From NCBI GenBank assembly GCA_001643675.2, contig LSRY02000050.1:372001-436000 (forward strand): a stretch of 64,000 nucleotides of DNA, given 5' to 3'. Shown piece by piece: positions 1-12,680 of the stretch. Position 1 is the first letter of the stretch; every line of letters begins with the position of its first letter. This DNA comes from Monocercomonoides exilis PA203. Lineage: Eukaryota > Protista > Preaxostyla. The notes beneath the pieces were generated by a model. The model searched no databases, was not told where the DNA came from, and was given only the letters and a program-made list of their open reading frames with translations. A program made the position numbers and the translations under genes.

Positions 1-70
1 GCCGGTAGACACCGAAAAAGGCAGATCTGTTTTTGAATATGACACCTCGAACACATGCAACTCGGCAAAA

Positions 71-895
71 ATGAGAGAAAACAGCTCAGTCGAAGCAACA
101 TTTAATGAAGCTGAGATGAAGGAGAGGCAGAAGAAGGAGGCAGTTACGAAGCTGAAGAAGAACACACAGAAACTGACATATGGAAAGATCATCTTAACAA
201 TCAAGCCAACCGACCTTCTGCTTCCGACTAATGTTGTTCAGGAAGAGGAAAGAAAGGAAAAGACGCCAAAAAGAAAGATGTGGCTGAGAGGCAAAGGGAA
301 TAATGTGAATTATTTGAAGCGGAATGAAGAGAGGAAAGAGTGAGTGAATGGAGCAGGTGCAGCAGACACTGAAGAAGCAGAAGAAGACAGTGAAGATGAT
401 GACAATGACGATAGCGATGATAGTGACGTTGGTGATGATGAAGACAGTTTGGATATAACACGATCTGCTGACGCATCAAATGCCAATAAAACAGTCAAGG
501 CAGCAGAAAGAAAAGCAGACCCAAATACACTCCTTACCCTGCGCTTCTCTCGCAAGCAGCGAAAGACGCTTTCATCAGTATACATAAAGAGCAATCAGAA
601 GAAGTCGCATGTCACTTTCTCACACACCTCAACCATCTCCAGCGGAGAGCTCAGTTCGACCCCTCCGCAGTTTGCCTTTCCTTCAGCCAAGTCCACAAAG
701 GAAAATGAAGAGAAAGAAGACGACGAGAACACAATTGGCTCAGAAGGCAGCAGAAAAGACAGGCAGCACCCGCCAGAAGACACAGCAGCCACATCTTGGT
801 GGCTGTTTCTGTGTCACGAAAACATCTTGTCTTATCTGCCATCAGAGCATCACTCGGCAGAGCAACGCAGGCACGCCTCTGAGCAGCTGCGGTAA
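71..895 (+). pseudogene. Fragment of an acidic/Ser-rich low-complexity protein gene, unknown function
   Basis: Two abutting in-frame ORFs (71-343, 344-895) separated by one TGA; protein-like composition with a D/E tract; no recognisable domain. Confidence 0.35.
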
Positions 896-2820
896 ACATG
901 TTTGCGACGGCTTCTTTATGAGAGAGTTTTTCTAGCCAGACAGGCATGCCAATGCAAATGGAGAAGACGGAGGAGGAGAAGGAGGAGTGGATGATTTTGG
1001 GAATGTCACTCCGTGTGAGAGTAAATACAGATAGAATGCAGGGCTGAAGAAGCTGTTTGTGCGATTGACGCAGCAGGTTGGGGAGAAAGAAGGTGCTGTT
1101 TTGCTTCATTCACACGGAGAGGCGCTGTTCCATTTTTTTAACCAACTCAAGTCACCGCAGCTTCCAAAGCCCACAACCTTTCCATCATCTCACACCGGGG
1201 CAACGGGGGGAGTATTGGCAAATGATGCGAACTCGTTTCTGAGCCTGTTGTGTGGAACGAGGCTGTTCAGCTTTGGAGGAGAAGATACTGTGAGAGATGC
1301 ACAAATGATTATGAATATGAGAAAGGAGATGAATGTGTGGAGAGGAGAAAGAAGGGCAGCTGTTGAAGGAGGGGACGAGGCAAGAGACAGTTGAGATGTT
1401 CTGCGAAGAGAGAAAAACATTTGGCACTGTGTCTGATGTGCAGAATAAGATCAATAGAAAGAATGATAATGGCTTCTCTTTTAACACAATTGACAATTAA
1501 ACATTTGCCGTCAACACGATTATTTGTAGACCCGTTTCTGTTTGCTTCGTCTGTCTTAATCAAAGACAAGTTAATATTGCAGTATGCAACCGAAAATGCA
1601 TTTTTTGTTTCTCCGCCGAGAATAACATGCGTCACATCCATCGGAGAAACTCTATTCGAACTGACAGATTCAACACACACAATGTTGCTCCGCTGCGCGT
1701 TGAATAGCCACATAAAGAAGAGCAGCCTTCGATTCTGCCTTTTTCTCTCAAGTTTTCATGTGTGCTTCTTGTCAACATGTGCCCTCTCCATCTTTCTCAT
1801 CCACTCACTTATATCGTCCGCACTCTGCTTTCAGAGATGCTTTCAGCATCTTTCACTTCATCTTCGTGTTCTCAATTCCTTCTCTTTTCACCTCCTGCGT
1901 CACTTCTTTTTCTATTTCTCAGTCCATGTCATCCTCCAGAACAACACCTGCCATCATGTCGTTCTCCACTCAGCCCATTAGCCCTTCTGCCACCTCGTCC
2001 AATCTCCCGCTGCTTCGTCTGCTGGCAACGCGGGCTGCACTCACAGCTATTGTCACCGCTATTGTCACCGCTCTTCGCAAGCTAATGGTGAAGAAGGACC
2101 TGTTCCACAATATTTCAGCCATATTCGAGACACACCATGACCAGAAACCTTCTTCTTCTCCTTCGATGTCCATTTCTGCCTCTCTTATTCAGCAATTGAA
2201 GGTTGTTGGTGCTGCGTTATCACAACAAGCCACACCTTCCGCTTTTGCTTCCGTTCAGCAAACATCTGAGCCTCAGTCGACTTCATTGGTATTGAATGTT
2301 TCAACAAATTCACAAAACATGAATGGATCTTCAAACGCTGCTGTTGATGGAGCTAATACAACTTCTGTTTGCAATGCGATAAATGCGTCAGGAACAGCAA
2401 GAGGAGGAGAAGAAGAACTTCCCTTTCAGATTAAGATAGACCAATTCTCAACTATTCTTCCACATCAGCTGCAGACAAGCATCACCTCCTCTCAGTTTCC
2501 TCTCTCTTAACTTTCTCAATCTCCCTCTCCTTCTCCCTCTTCTCCATCATTCACATCAAATAATTCTCCATCTTCAATTTATGTTCCATTTCCTTCGACT
2601 CATTTTCTTCCACTTCAGTATCGTCAACAAACATTTCCTTCATTTTCTTCTCTATTTCTTCTTTTTCTTCTTTTTCTATTCTCCCAGCCATCTGGAGTAA
2701 TTTCTAAGAATTCTACGATGCGGAGTCTTTTTTCTAAAAACACTTCCTCCTTTTTAAAAGGATGCTCTTTTATCTTCACCAGCAACTTTCGTCCCTGCTC
2801 TGCAAATGTCACAGCTACGA

Positions 2821-2842
2821 TCTTCTTCTTCTTCTTCTTCTT

Positions 2843-2872
<30 letters not shown>
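2821..2872. repeat. (TTC)n microsatellite
   Basis: About 17 perfect TTC units. Confidence 0.95.
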
Positions 2873-2873
<1 letters not shown>

Positions 2874-3844
2874 ACCTTCTTAACCTTCTTTCACTCTTCT
2901 CACCTTTATTTTTTTCCTCTCATCCAATCCCAAAAACTCTTAAACGAAGACATGAAATTCTCCAAATCCGTGAGAACCACGATGAACCCAATACTTATTA
3001 ATTTATCTTCTCCGCTTCTGCCTTCTGCGGCATCTCATTATCCTTCTAATTCTTTTTCGTTCTCTTCTTCTTCTTCCTCTTCTTCCTCTTCAAACTCTTC
3101 TTCACTCTCTTCTTTTTCTTCTTCGACATTTTTTATTATTTTTCTTCTCCTCCGACATTTTCTGATATTTATTCTCCTTCTTCCCGTTCATTTATCGCTT
3201 CTTATTAATATCCAAAAACATCATTTCACACTCTTTTATTATCGTCGCTCACTTCATTTGATTGGATTTCTTCATTTTTCTCATGTGAATAAGACAGTTT
3301 TTTTTGAATACAGAAGGGCATTTGTTAAAAAAAGAAACGTGTTGAAAATGAGAAGAAGATTGATAAGATTATGAAGATAATGAAGATTGAGAGAAAGAAA
3401 AACTTGTTTTGACAGAATATGATGAACGGAAATTGGTAAGTGAAAATTGCTGAGATTTTAAAAAATAAGGAAGTTTAATGGAAATGGGGAAAAGTTGGAG
3501 GAGAAGAAGATGATGAACCAGAACAGGAAACTATGTGGCAGGAAGGAATACGTTGAATGTCTAAATCATTCTATCTGTAACTACTTATTCATGACAGCCT
3601 TTAAGCACAGACACAAAGAGCGAGGAAGGGCATTGAGAGTCGGTACTCAGAAGAACTCATCCGTTGTTGAAAATCCTCTTATAAAAACCATAGAACGTGC
3701 AGTCTCCTTTTCAAAGCGATGCAATGTTGAGTATGTCTGCATCTGAGCAGATGATGTTGCTGTACATGGAGTGGTTATTCAGTATGGCACTGCTATTTTT
3801 GGTTAGCTGGAAGCTGTAGACGTGAACGTAACTTCAAAGCTTGC

Positions 3845-5422
3845 CTAGCGAGGAAGAGGTGAAGACGGAATTAACAATGCTGAATGAGCAACCATTATAA
3901 CTTGATCCAGAAGAAGAAGAAGAAGTATAGTGCTATCTGTTTCAATGGAGAGATTTGTTGCGATGAGATGCTCGAGGGAGAAGCTGGAGCCATCGTCGAA
4001 CACGAGCACAGGCGATGAAAAATTGAGAGAGGAGAGGTTGGCGTGGGAGAGAAAGAGGGAGGAAGCGGGGAGAGCACGAAGAGCAGGGCAGGCGAGGTGG
4101 AGGGAATGGACAGATATGTTGGAGAGGCGAAGGGTGCCTCGGGAAGCACAAAGGAGGGTGGAGTTGAGTTCGACAGGCTGGTCGGCTGCGGAAAAGAGGG
4201 AGGAGGACACAGCGAGGGATCCGTCGAGGAGGGAGAAGAGGGAGGAGTGGACAGATGCGAAGGAGGAGTGGAAGGAGAAGTGGCAGTGGGTGAGGATGCA
4301 GGTGTTGAGAAAGGCGACAACAGCAGAGCTGTCTGAAGACAGATCAGAAGAAATGGGGATGGGGGTGGCGAAGTGCACAGGGACAAGACCCCACGAAACG
4401 GATTTGACGCGGATTTCAGCAAGAGAGGTCGGGGCTTCGAAGGAGGAGGAGGAGGAGATCAAGAGGATGTTGCTAATGGAAAGAGCGATGTGGAGGACGG
4501 CTGTGGAGAGGGCGGCGCAGGGGGAAAGCAGTGAGACGCACTGGCGGGCAGAGGAGCCTGTGCCTTGGTCGACGAATATCTGGTGGGCGCGGTAGAAGGT
4601 GATGAAGGGGAGGAGGTCGACATCAAGGTCTGGGTTGGGGTCGGGGTCGGTGTGGGAGGAGTCTGAGCCGCAGATGGAGGTGTTGGTGGAGAGAGAGGGC
4701 TGTGTGAAGTCGAGGGAAAAGAGGGACTCGTTGATCTGGGCGGGGATGGAGGAGCACCGGAGAAAGAGGTCCTTTCCTCGGAAGGCGTCGTTGAGGGCGA
4801 AGCGGAGGTTGAGGATGGAGAGGGGGATGGGAGGGGCGCCAGCAGGGCAGGAGCAGTCGAGGAAGAGGCCGCCGCCCCTGCCGGCTGTGCGGGAGCAGAT
4901 GCACTGGGTGAGGATGCACGCCGACACGCGCAGCTGCGACTTGTCGCAGTCGAGGCACACCATTGCGGCTCCGCCCTCGGCCGACTCTTCGCTCACGCAG
5001 CTGGTGAGCACACACGCCTCGGCAGCACAGTCGATGGCACATCCCCTCTCTGCACACACCAGAGTCGGCCCGTTGCCTGTGCGCACGATGTTGGTGATGT
5101 TGGCAGAGTCCAGAGCGATGGCTGTTCCGGCGTCTGGAGCAGCCAAGCCAGTCGAAGCAGCCAGAGCAGGTGGGCAGACGGCCACGAGGGGAGTGCCAGC
5201 GAGCAAAGAGGAGGACACGGAGAGGGATGTGAGTGTCGCAGAAGTGGATGCATCATAAATTTCGAGGAAAGGGCGCGACAAGGATGCGGAGGCGAGGGTG
5301 CAGTGGTCGAGAGACGTATTCCCTTCTGGAACAAGCACGATAACAAATGCAAGTGGCGTTTGTGGAGTTTGCATGAAAAACAAGAAGCCAGGCAACAGTA
5401 GAGCATCTGAGGAGGAAGGCAT
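3845..5422 (-). pseudogene. Internal fragment of a GGA-repeat beta-helix/Cys-rich surface protein
   Basis: 525-aa ORF with EGGAAMV, GRGGGLFLDCS, NDAFRGKDLF and CVSLLSPC motifs, colinear with 10240-10992. No signal peptide or TM segment; the reading frame degenerates below 3900. Confidence 0.75.
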
Positions 5423-6649
5423 CCAGAAGAATAAAAAAGATTAGGAAGAGGATGAAAGACCGAGAGAGAGAAAGTTGAAAAAGTGCAAGTGAAGATTTTC
5501 GTTTAATAGAAGCATTTTTTTGAACAAAAAATGAAAATTCACAAATTATATTTTTCAATTTTTTAAATAGTGATTTTTTTTTATTATCATCTTTCACTTT
5601 TTTTGACGAATAAATCTCAAAAAGTTCTTTTTTGAATCATTTGTTATTAAATCGAAGTGAACTGCAAATTGTTGATCACCTGTGAAATATCTTGCATAAC
5701 TATCATATTTTTGTTTTTGTGTTTTCGCTAATTGTTTGTTTTCAACATATTTTTTTGGATCTTCAACATCTATTTATAATTTTCTTTTCAATAACGTTGT
5801 TTAACAATTCTTTATTAAAGAAATTAATTTATTGAGTATTGAAACAATCATTATCATGCTTTTCAAGCAAGATAACTTATGTTTTGCAATGTTTATTGAA
5901 TTTTCGATATTTTTTTCTGAAATTATTTTTATTTCAAGATTTTTGTTATGAAAACATTTTGTGATGAATAAAAAATCAACTTTTTAATAACAATAATAAT
6001 ATATTAAACTTTATTTTCATGTAATTTCAATTGAAAATTCTCTTATCACCCCTACCCTTAATGAAATAATTTTTAGATCAAACTTCGTAATTTTTTATGA
6101 TATCAAAAAAAATCACCCATATTTTAACATTAATGAAAGAAATTATATATAAAACAAACAATTGATTCACCAAAATTTCACTGCTTGTTAATATAAGTTA
6201 GTAAAATGATAAAGAAATCCAGTTTAGAAAATCAAAATGTTGTTCATGGCTTGTTGAAACTACATTGAAAATATATTGAACAAAAAGCGTGGACCACAAC
6301 AATAAATGAATCTTATTCAGCAAATATTAACAACTTGAAAATAAAAAATGCTTTAGAAGTATATGACTAACCTGAGAGTTCAATTCTGCCACTTTAATCA
6401 AAGAAAAAGCTATTTCTCATCTATTTCTTAAAAACGACAAAATATTTTAATAAATAAGACTGTGACAATCCTAAAAAAAATGCGTTCGTTGGACACAGAC
6501 ATTTTTGCTTGATTTTGAGCAACAAGAGATAAGAAGGAACAGCTTGAAATTGAAGTGAATATATTATAATGGGCCTATTTGGATAAAATAATTTTTTGTT
6601 ATCAAACTTTGACGAATTATCAATAACTCTCATAAACCTGATGAGCGAA

Positions 6650-6651
<2 letters not shown>

Positions 6652-6693
<42 letters not shown>
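6652..6693. repeat. poly(T) tract
   Basis: 42 consecutive T. Confidence 0.95.
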
Positions 6694-6695
<2 letters not shown>

Positions 6696-6996
6696 TGACA
6701 GACGAGGCAAAAAATGATTTGTCATGTCAGACAGGCTTAAATTTGTCAGTTACTGGAACAGGTGACCGACTTGAAGAATGTTTTCATGATCAAAACCTTC
6801 ATTTTTCATAATAAACTATTTTTTCATGTATTTTTCGAAATAATTTTTAAATGATATTCATTTCAAATAAGCATTATTTTTAAATATATATATATGTATA
6901 TATAAGAAATACATTTTTGTGGTGTGAAATATAAAATAACTAGAATGAGTGAATTAATGAATTTTGAATAGATTTTATTATAGGGTCATATTTTTA

Positions 6997-8649
6997 TTAG
7001 TACCCATTTTTTATATTAGTATCCAAATTTTTCGAAATGAAATATTCGCAAAAAAATTCAAAAAATACAAAATTCGAATCTAATTTGCGTATGACTTTTC
7101 TTTTTCCCTTTCCTCTTTCAATTTCATCAGATGATTTTTTCTCAATGTCGTTCTTGTCTTGAAGTATTTTGAATTTCCTTTTCAGCTTTTTTGTGAAATT
7201 CATTGTTTCATTATTTTCTTCATCCGAAATGTTTTCTTTTTCATTTTCCATTTCGCTTTTCTTTTTCAAATAATCATCCCACTTATTTAGCACCTTTTCT
7301 TCTGTTATTTCTTTACCGTAGAAGTTAAATCGATTTTTATGTAAAGGAAGAGGATTCGTCGATGATTGAGGAAGCTTCATCAGAACTGGACCAGACGAGT
7401 CTTTCGGGACGTAGCTGCATTTGAATGCTCTTTTGATGACCGAAGGTGATAGCGCCGAATGAATTGATTGTTGCAGAGCTTCAACAAGAGCTGTTCTTTT
7501 CGCTGCTGAAGAAGACGACGAAGGTGCTTAGTACTGTGAACTTATTTCTGACTTCAGAACGGTAAATACACCTCGGTCCAGTGGCTGGCAGATGTGTGTG
7601 CTGTGAGGGACGAATGTCACAACATCCACATTTTCTTTTTTGAACTCTCTCCAGATAGTTGGATCTGCTCGAGAAATGTGGGAGCCGATTAGAAGCAAGC
7701 AGTGCGATTCATCGAGTGACATGCGTTGCCTTCTTTCTTTAATTGAAGGGAGAAGAATTGTAAGTGAATGCTTCCTAAATGTTGAAAATTCCATCCATTC
7801 TCATCTGTTCGAACATATCTCAAGGTTTGTAGACTGAAGAGGCTTCAAGTCATCAGGAAGTTTGAGGCTCGGCAACAGAATCACTGATGGAAGTGATTGT
7901 CCATCAGCTGCAACCGCTTCAATCAGTGTAGAATTCGCCATTCGCTCCGCAGATTTAGCGAAACCGGGTTTTGCATTTACCGGATGAACAACATTCCGAT
8001 TGGAGCTGTCGGGAACCCTGATTGAAGACTCGTCCACGTTGAAAATCAGTGCATTGTTATAATTATTGTTCGTTTGAAATTTATTGAGCATATCACACTA
8101 AAGCTTTAGAACTTGTTGGCATGATACGGCAAGCCTGTTCGCGTCAACAATTTTCGAATTAGAAGTCTTCAGCTCTGGATGTCGTTTGATGAAATGGTAG
8201 GCAACTGACTCAGAAACTTTTACATCTGGCGTGTTTTCTTTGATCAAATCATTAACAACATTTTCAATCTAATTAACATTTATTAATACATTTCAAAGAA
8301 TATTGATAAATACGAGTTCATGCATTTTCTTGATGGTTAGGCTAGCTCCAGATAGTGATTCAATTTTTATTTTGTCCAGCACTGTTTGCTCTTTTTCGCC
8401 AATGACCACAGCAGGTCTTCCAATTTTTGAAACGAGTCCGCCTTGTTGAACAGCCTTCACCGAACACTTGATTCGAATTTTGCTGAATTTTTTGCTGTTG
8501 AATACATCCACCATACGCACAGCTCCATCGTTTGCAATATGCACCATTCGCTCCAGTGGATTCCGAAATTGCACATATTTGAATGATAGCATCGCATCAC
8601 GCAGCTTCAGCTGACCCACAGTAAATTTCGTTGCAACTTCCTTTTTCAT
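6997..8649 (-). mobile_element. pogo/Tigger-like (CENP-B HTH + DDE_1) transposase pseudogene, one intron
   Basis: After splicing 8269-8313 one frame reads GRPAVV...YHFIKRHPELK...FNVDESS...LLLIGSH...FVPHSTHICQPLDRGVF, which are DDE_1 motifs. In-frame stops near 8099, 7802 and 7529; second catalytic D appears as G. Confidence 0.9.
8269..8313 (-). other. 45-nt phase-0 spliceosomal intron in the pogo transposase
   Basis: GTATTT...TTAATTAG; removal deletes a stop and joins ORF 8293-8649 in frame to the downstream transposase. Confidence 0.75.
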
Positions 8650-10199
8650 TTTTCATTTTTTTTGAGCAATGATCATTAAGCCAATTTATTTATTTTATTA
8701 TTATAAATTTCAATTTTCATTGAAATTTAATTTTTTGAACATTAAATGTATATTTTTTTGAATTTAATTCATTGGAACCGACCTGTAACTGATAGAATTT
8801 CAACGGGAGGCTTTTAACCATCCCATTCCCCCCCATAAGAAACAGGTTATGCATTTAAATGCATTTATTCAGTTGCTAACATTTTTCTTGTATTCCAAAA
8901 ATACTATTAATAAATCGAAATGTGGGTGGCTGAATAATTGATATCAAAAAAATAGGATCGAACAAAAAAAAATGGGACAAAATATTTGACTTCAGGCATA
9001 TTCATTGAAAAATTATGCACATTTGATTAACTTTTTGTGATCAAAAAATTAGAAAAAAATGGGTTTTTTTTTTTTTTTGGAAAATATGTGAGGTCACTAA
9101 ACATTTTGTGATTAAATCAATGATATTTGTTTACAGATATGAAAATCAAATTTATTTTGAAATATGATTAAGTTTAATAAAGTTTAAAGTGAAACGCTTT
9201 TTTCTTGCTTTGTGCATAAAAAACTTGAATATCCATATTATTCCCCAAATAGGATCTAATAAAATAATGACCCAACAAATAAATCAGGTTTATTCAAATG
9301 AACTCATGTTTACTCGAATCGATCGGATTTTTATGAATAAACAGAGTTCATTTGAGTTACGAAATTTAAGATAAAAAACTAATATTAAATATATATATAA
9401 AATTGATTGCAAAAACATTCAAATATTATTTGCGTATTGTTTATGGTGTTAAAAAAAAATGATATTTATTGTTTTTGTCAAATTTTTTCAAAGATCGAAA
9501 GGATCAAAATATTTATTGAACTGATATAATTCTTTTGCGCCAATATATGATTCATAACACTTCTTCAACATATTCCTTGATTATTTAACATCTATGAATG
9601 CAATCCACATGTTTTAACATCGTTAAAAATTGATGAAAATAAGAATTTCGTGAATAATTTTAAAAATTAAATTTTTTTATATTGAGCAAATAAAATAAAA
9701 TGGATCGCACAAACATATACATTAAAAACTGGTATTTGTTCAAAGATTCGTTTGATAACATTAAAAGACCGTAAAAATCAAAAAAAAAATGCAAACGATT
9801 TTTAAAAAAAAACGAATTCAATAACAAACTTAATTGTTTTCATTATTTCGTAAAATAATGAACAAAACTCAAAAGCTATTCTCTTGCTATTTACCAGAGC
9901 AACTAACACAGGCATTCTTTTTTGCATGAAAGGTTTCCTGTCTAAACAAGAAAAATGTTATTCCTACAGTTTCAATCCATCGAATGTAGAGGCTGCATTC
10001 CAACCGCATTACATGGAAGCAGCATTGACTTGACAAATGTATCAATGGGAAACATGGAGCTGATGTTAGGAAGCATTGAAGCTGTGTTTGTGCAGGCTGA
10101 GTGAAGAGGCGAGTATCAGAGATTAAATGAAGATGGCAGTCCAACAGTGCAATTGAAATGCAGCACGCTCCATTCGCCCCTCTAAAATGCACCATCTGA

Positions 10200-12680
10200 G
10201 CATTCCATCATTAGCTGCACTGGCAGCGAGCCTTCCAGCGTGTCTATGCAAAACACATCGATCAAGAACTGTGGAAGCAGCCATAGTGAGAGCGGTGGAG
10301 GAATGATCATGAAATTGAACGAAGGAGGCTTTTTTGAGTGTCATTTTCCCACAATCTCTGGATGTTTCTGTTCGGAAAGTGGAAGAGGAGGCGTAATATT
10401 ACTGGATTGCTCATCAATCAAAAGTGAAGGCTTGCTTCCTTTTCTGTTGGAAAACACAACTTTCATGAATAACAAGGCATTCATGGGGAGAGACTTGAAT
10501 GTGAGATGCACGAATATCAAATCACAAATCAACATTGAGCTCTTCCAGCTGGACTTCAGACCTCCGTTTGTTCGGGATCTTGCGATGTGGGGATGCACAG
10601 CACAGAATTATTATGAAGAGTTGGATCTGTCGCTGCTTGTGGTTGTGTATCAGAGCGAGACTATATTTGCGTCTTCTTCAGCTGACAACTCCTCCGATTC
10701 GCGTCAGTGCGGTGGGATGAGCGATCCTTGCATTTCGCTAAATGTTGCACTGGCACACATCATTCCTTCAGTTTACAGCAATTTGCTAATCGATAAAAGT
10801 GTTGTGGTATCAGGGGAAGCAAGTACACATGATGTCTCAATCAAGTCTCTGAATCCGGAAGGCGAAAGAGGAAATATAATACTGAATAGCAGCATTGACA
10901 GCAAGGCGAGCGGTCTCGTTTCGTGCTTGCTGAGTGTGAACGAAATCACTTTCATATTTGTTTGGAAGAGTTTTTTCTTCTCTGCGCTCTAGTTTATTAT
11001 CACTGACTGATGGCAGCTTGTCGATTATTTATACAATTTTTTCTCAAGAACCTTCGAGAGGAAACACCGAATACAAATTGAATTGCTTCATCATTCTTGT
11101 TGAGAATGGCAGACTGTCGATTGACTGGTGCACTTTGACTTTCTGACGTCTAAGTTCTTCATGTGTGGCAGCAAGAGGTGTACAATTTTGATCATATATG
11201 AACTTGAACATTTCTGATGTGAATTATGGTGTGTTATTGGACTTCCGCAATCTGGTGAACCTTTCTATGCAGCAGGTGCTTGTTTCCAGCTGCATGTTTG
11301 ATCGATCAGGCCTCATTCTTCGCAACTGCAAAGACTCCCAGCTTCAGAACATTCAGATGAGAGGCACTCGGAGCGGATCAAACATGATTGTGTTTTCCTC
11401 AGATGGTTCGGAAAGGCATTCAAACATCCAGGGTAATCATTTGGAATTCGATGCTACAATTGTGCTGTCTGGTTCTTTGTTTTCTGTTGAATGCCAAGAT
11501 TTTGATATCGAGATGAATCACTTGGCTATTTCAAACACAGTGCCTGGGGATTGGTGTGCAACTAGCATTACAACAAATGCTTCCACATTCCATTTGAAGC
11601 AACCATCATTCCAAAACATAACCTGAGATTCGCTTGGCCCGTGCTGCTTAACAGCTTCATCTTCGTCTTTGTTGCTGGAATTGGAGAACTGCTCGAACAA
11701 AAAGTGCACTTCACAAACTGAAAAAGGGAGCATTGCAGTATTGGCAGATTTGACGGATATTCGCTTTTCTTAATGTTCATTTGATGGAGCGACAGGAGCG
11801 CAACAGTTTGGAACATACGAAGATGGTTTCGAATATCTGTGCAAGTGAAGCTGTTTAATGGTTGATCTTCAGAATTGCTTGGGAAGGATAATAGATACGA
11901 GCATTGTCAACTTATAAAATGGAGGTCTGTCTGTGCCACGCGGAAGCATCTCCGTGCAATTTGGATTGTTTGCCAACAACAATCCAAATGCAGCAGGCTA
12001 TCCATCCATGAGAAACAACATCGCCTGCTCATTCCATGCGTTTTTGAATATTCATAGTCTGAAAGGTGGGGATGGCTTTCTTCCGAACACTTCTTTGTTA
12101 ACTGCAAATAACAATTGAACCCTCGTAGGCTTGGAGTCATAAAAAGTATTTCCGTTCTTCATTCCGCTACAGCACTCGGTGAAGTCTCTCCAGCAAGAAA
12201 AAAACTTTCTGATTAATCTTTATGGTTCCTTGCTTCTGCCCTGAGGTTTTTCTCTCCAAGTTGATTCATTCGATTGAATGATTCACAAGCTCCAGGTGTA
12301 TCCGCATCTAAAAGAAGAGTTTGCAGGTGAAATAGAGATTCATGCGGCTATTCCAGCATCAATTGTTTATATGTATCTGAGAAAACAGAAATATCTGTTA
12401 TGATTCTGTTTGGAAAGATTGATTCTCTTTCATGAACGGAGTCATTCATCCTGAAGAACAGTACTGAATCTGAGCCAAAGGGAGATGAAAAACTTGTTGA
12501 AAGTGGAAAAGAAGGAAAATCTTATTGGTTGTTGATTGCGATTGTGCTTGTTGCAATTCTTTTGATTGTTCTCCTTGTTTCAATAATATTTGCTGTTCGT
12601 TGGAGGAAAGCATAGAATGAAGCAGAAGATATGAAAGAGATTGAAAATGACAACATCAGAAAAGATCCAAAGGAATATTA
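10200..12680 (+). pseudogene. Decayed GGA-repeat beta-helix membrane protein, C-terminal part with TM helix
   Basis: GGGMIM, GRGGVILLDCS, CGGMSDPC, YPSMRNNIAC, SLKGGDG and GSLLLP motifs, then TM WLLIAIVLVAILLIVLLVSIIFAVRWRK at ~12525-12610; many stops and frameshifts. Confidence 0.85.

Noticed and set aside
3930-5258. Long plus-strand ORFs (221 and 219 aa)
   Set aside because: Antisense shadows of the GC-rich minus-strand ORF.
6691-9100. Candidate TIRs for the pogo element (TTTAGTGAC at ~6691 / GTCACTAAA at ~9093, or TCAGTTAC at 6746 / GTAACTGA at 8785)
   Set aside because: Only 8-9 bp matches with no convincing extension, so element boundaries were not called.
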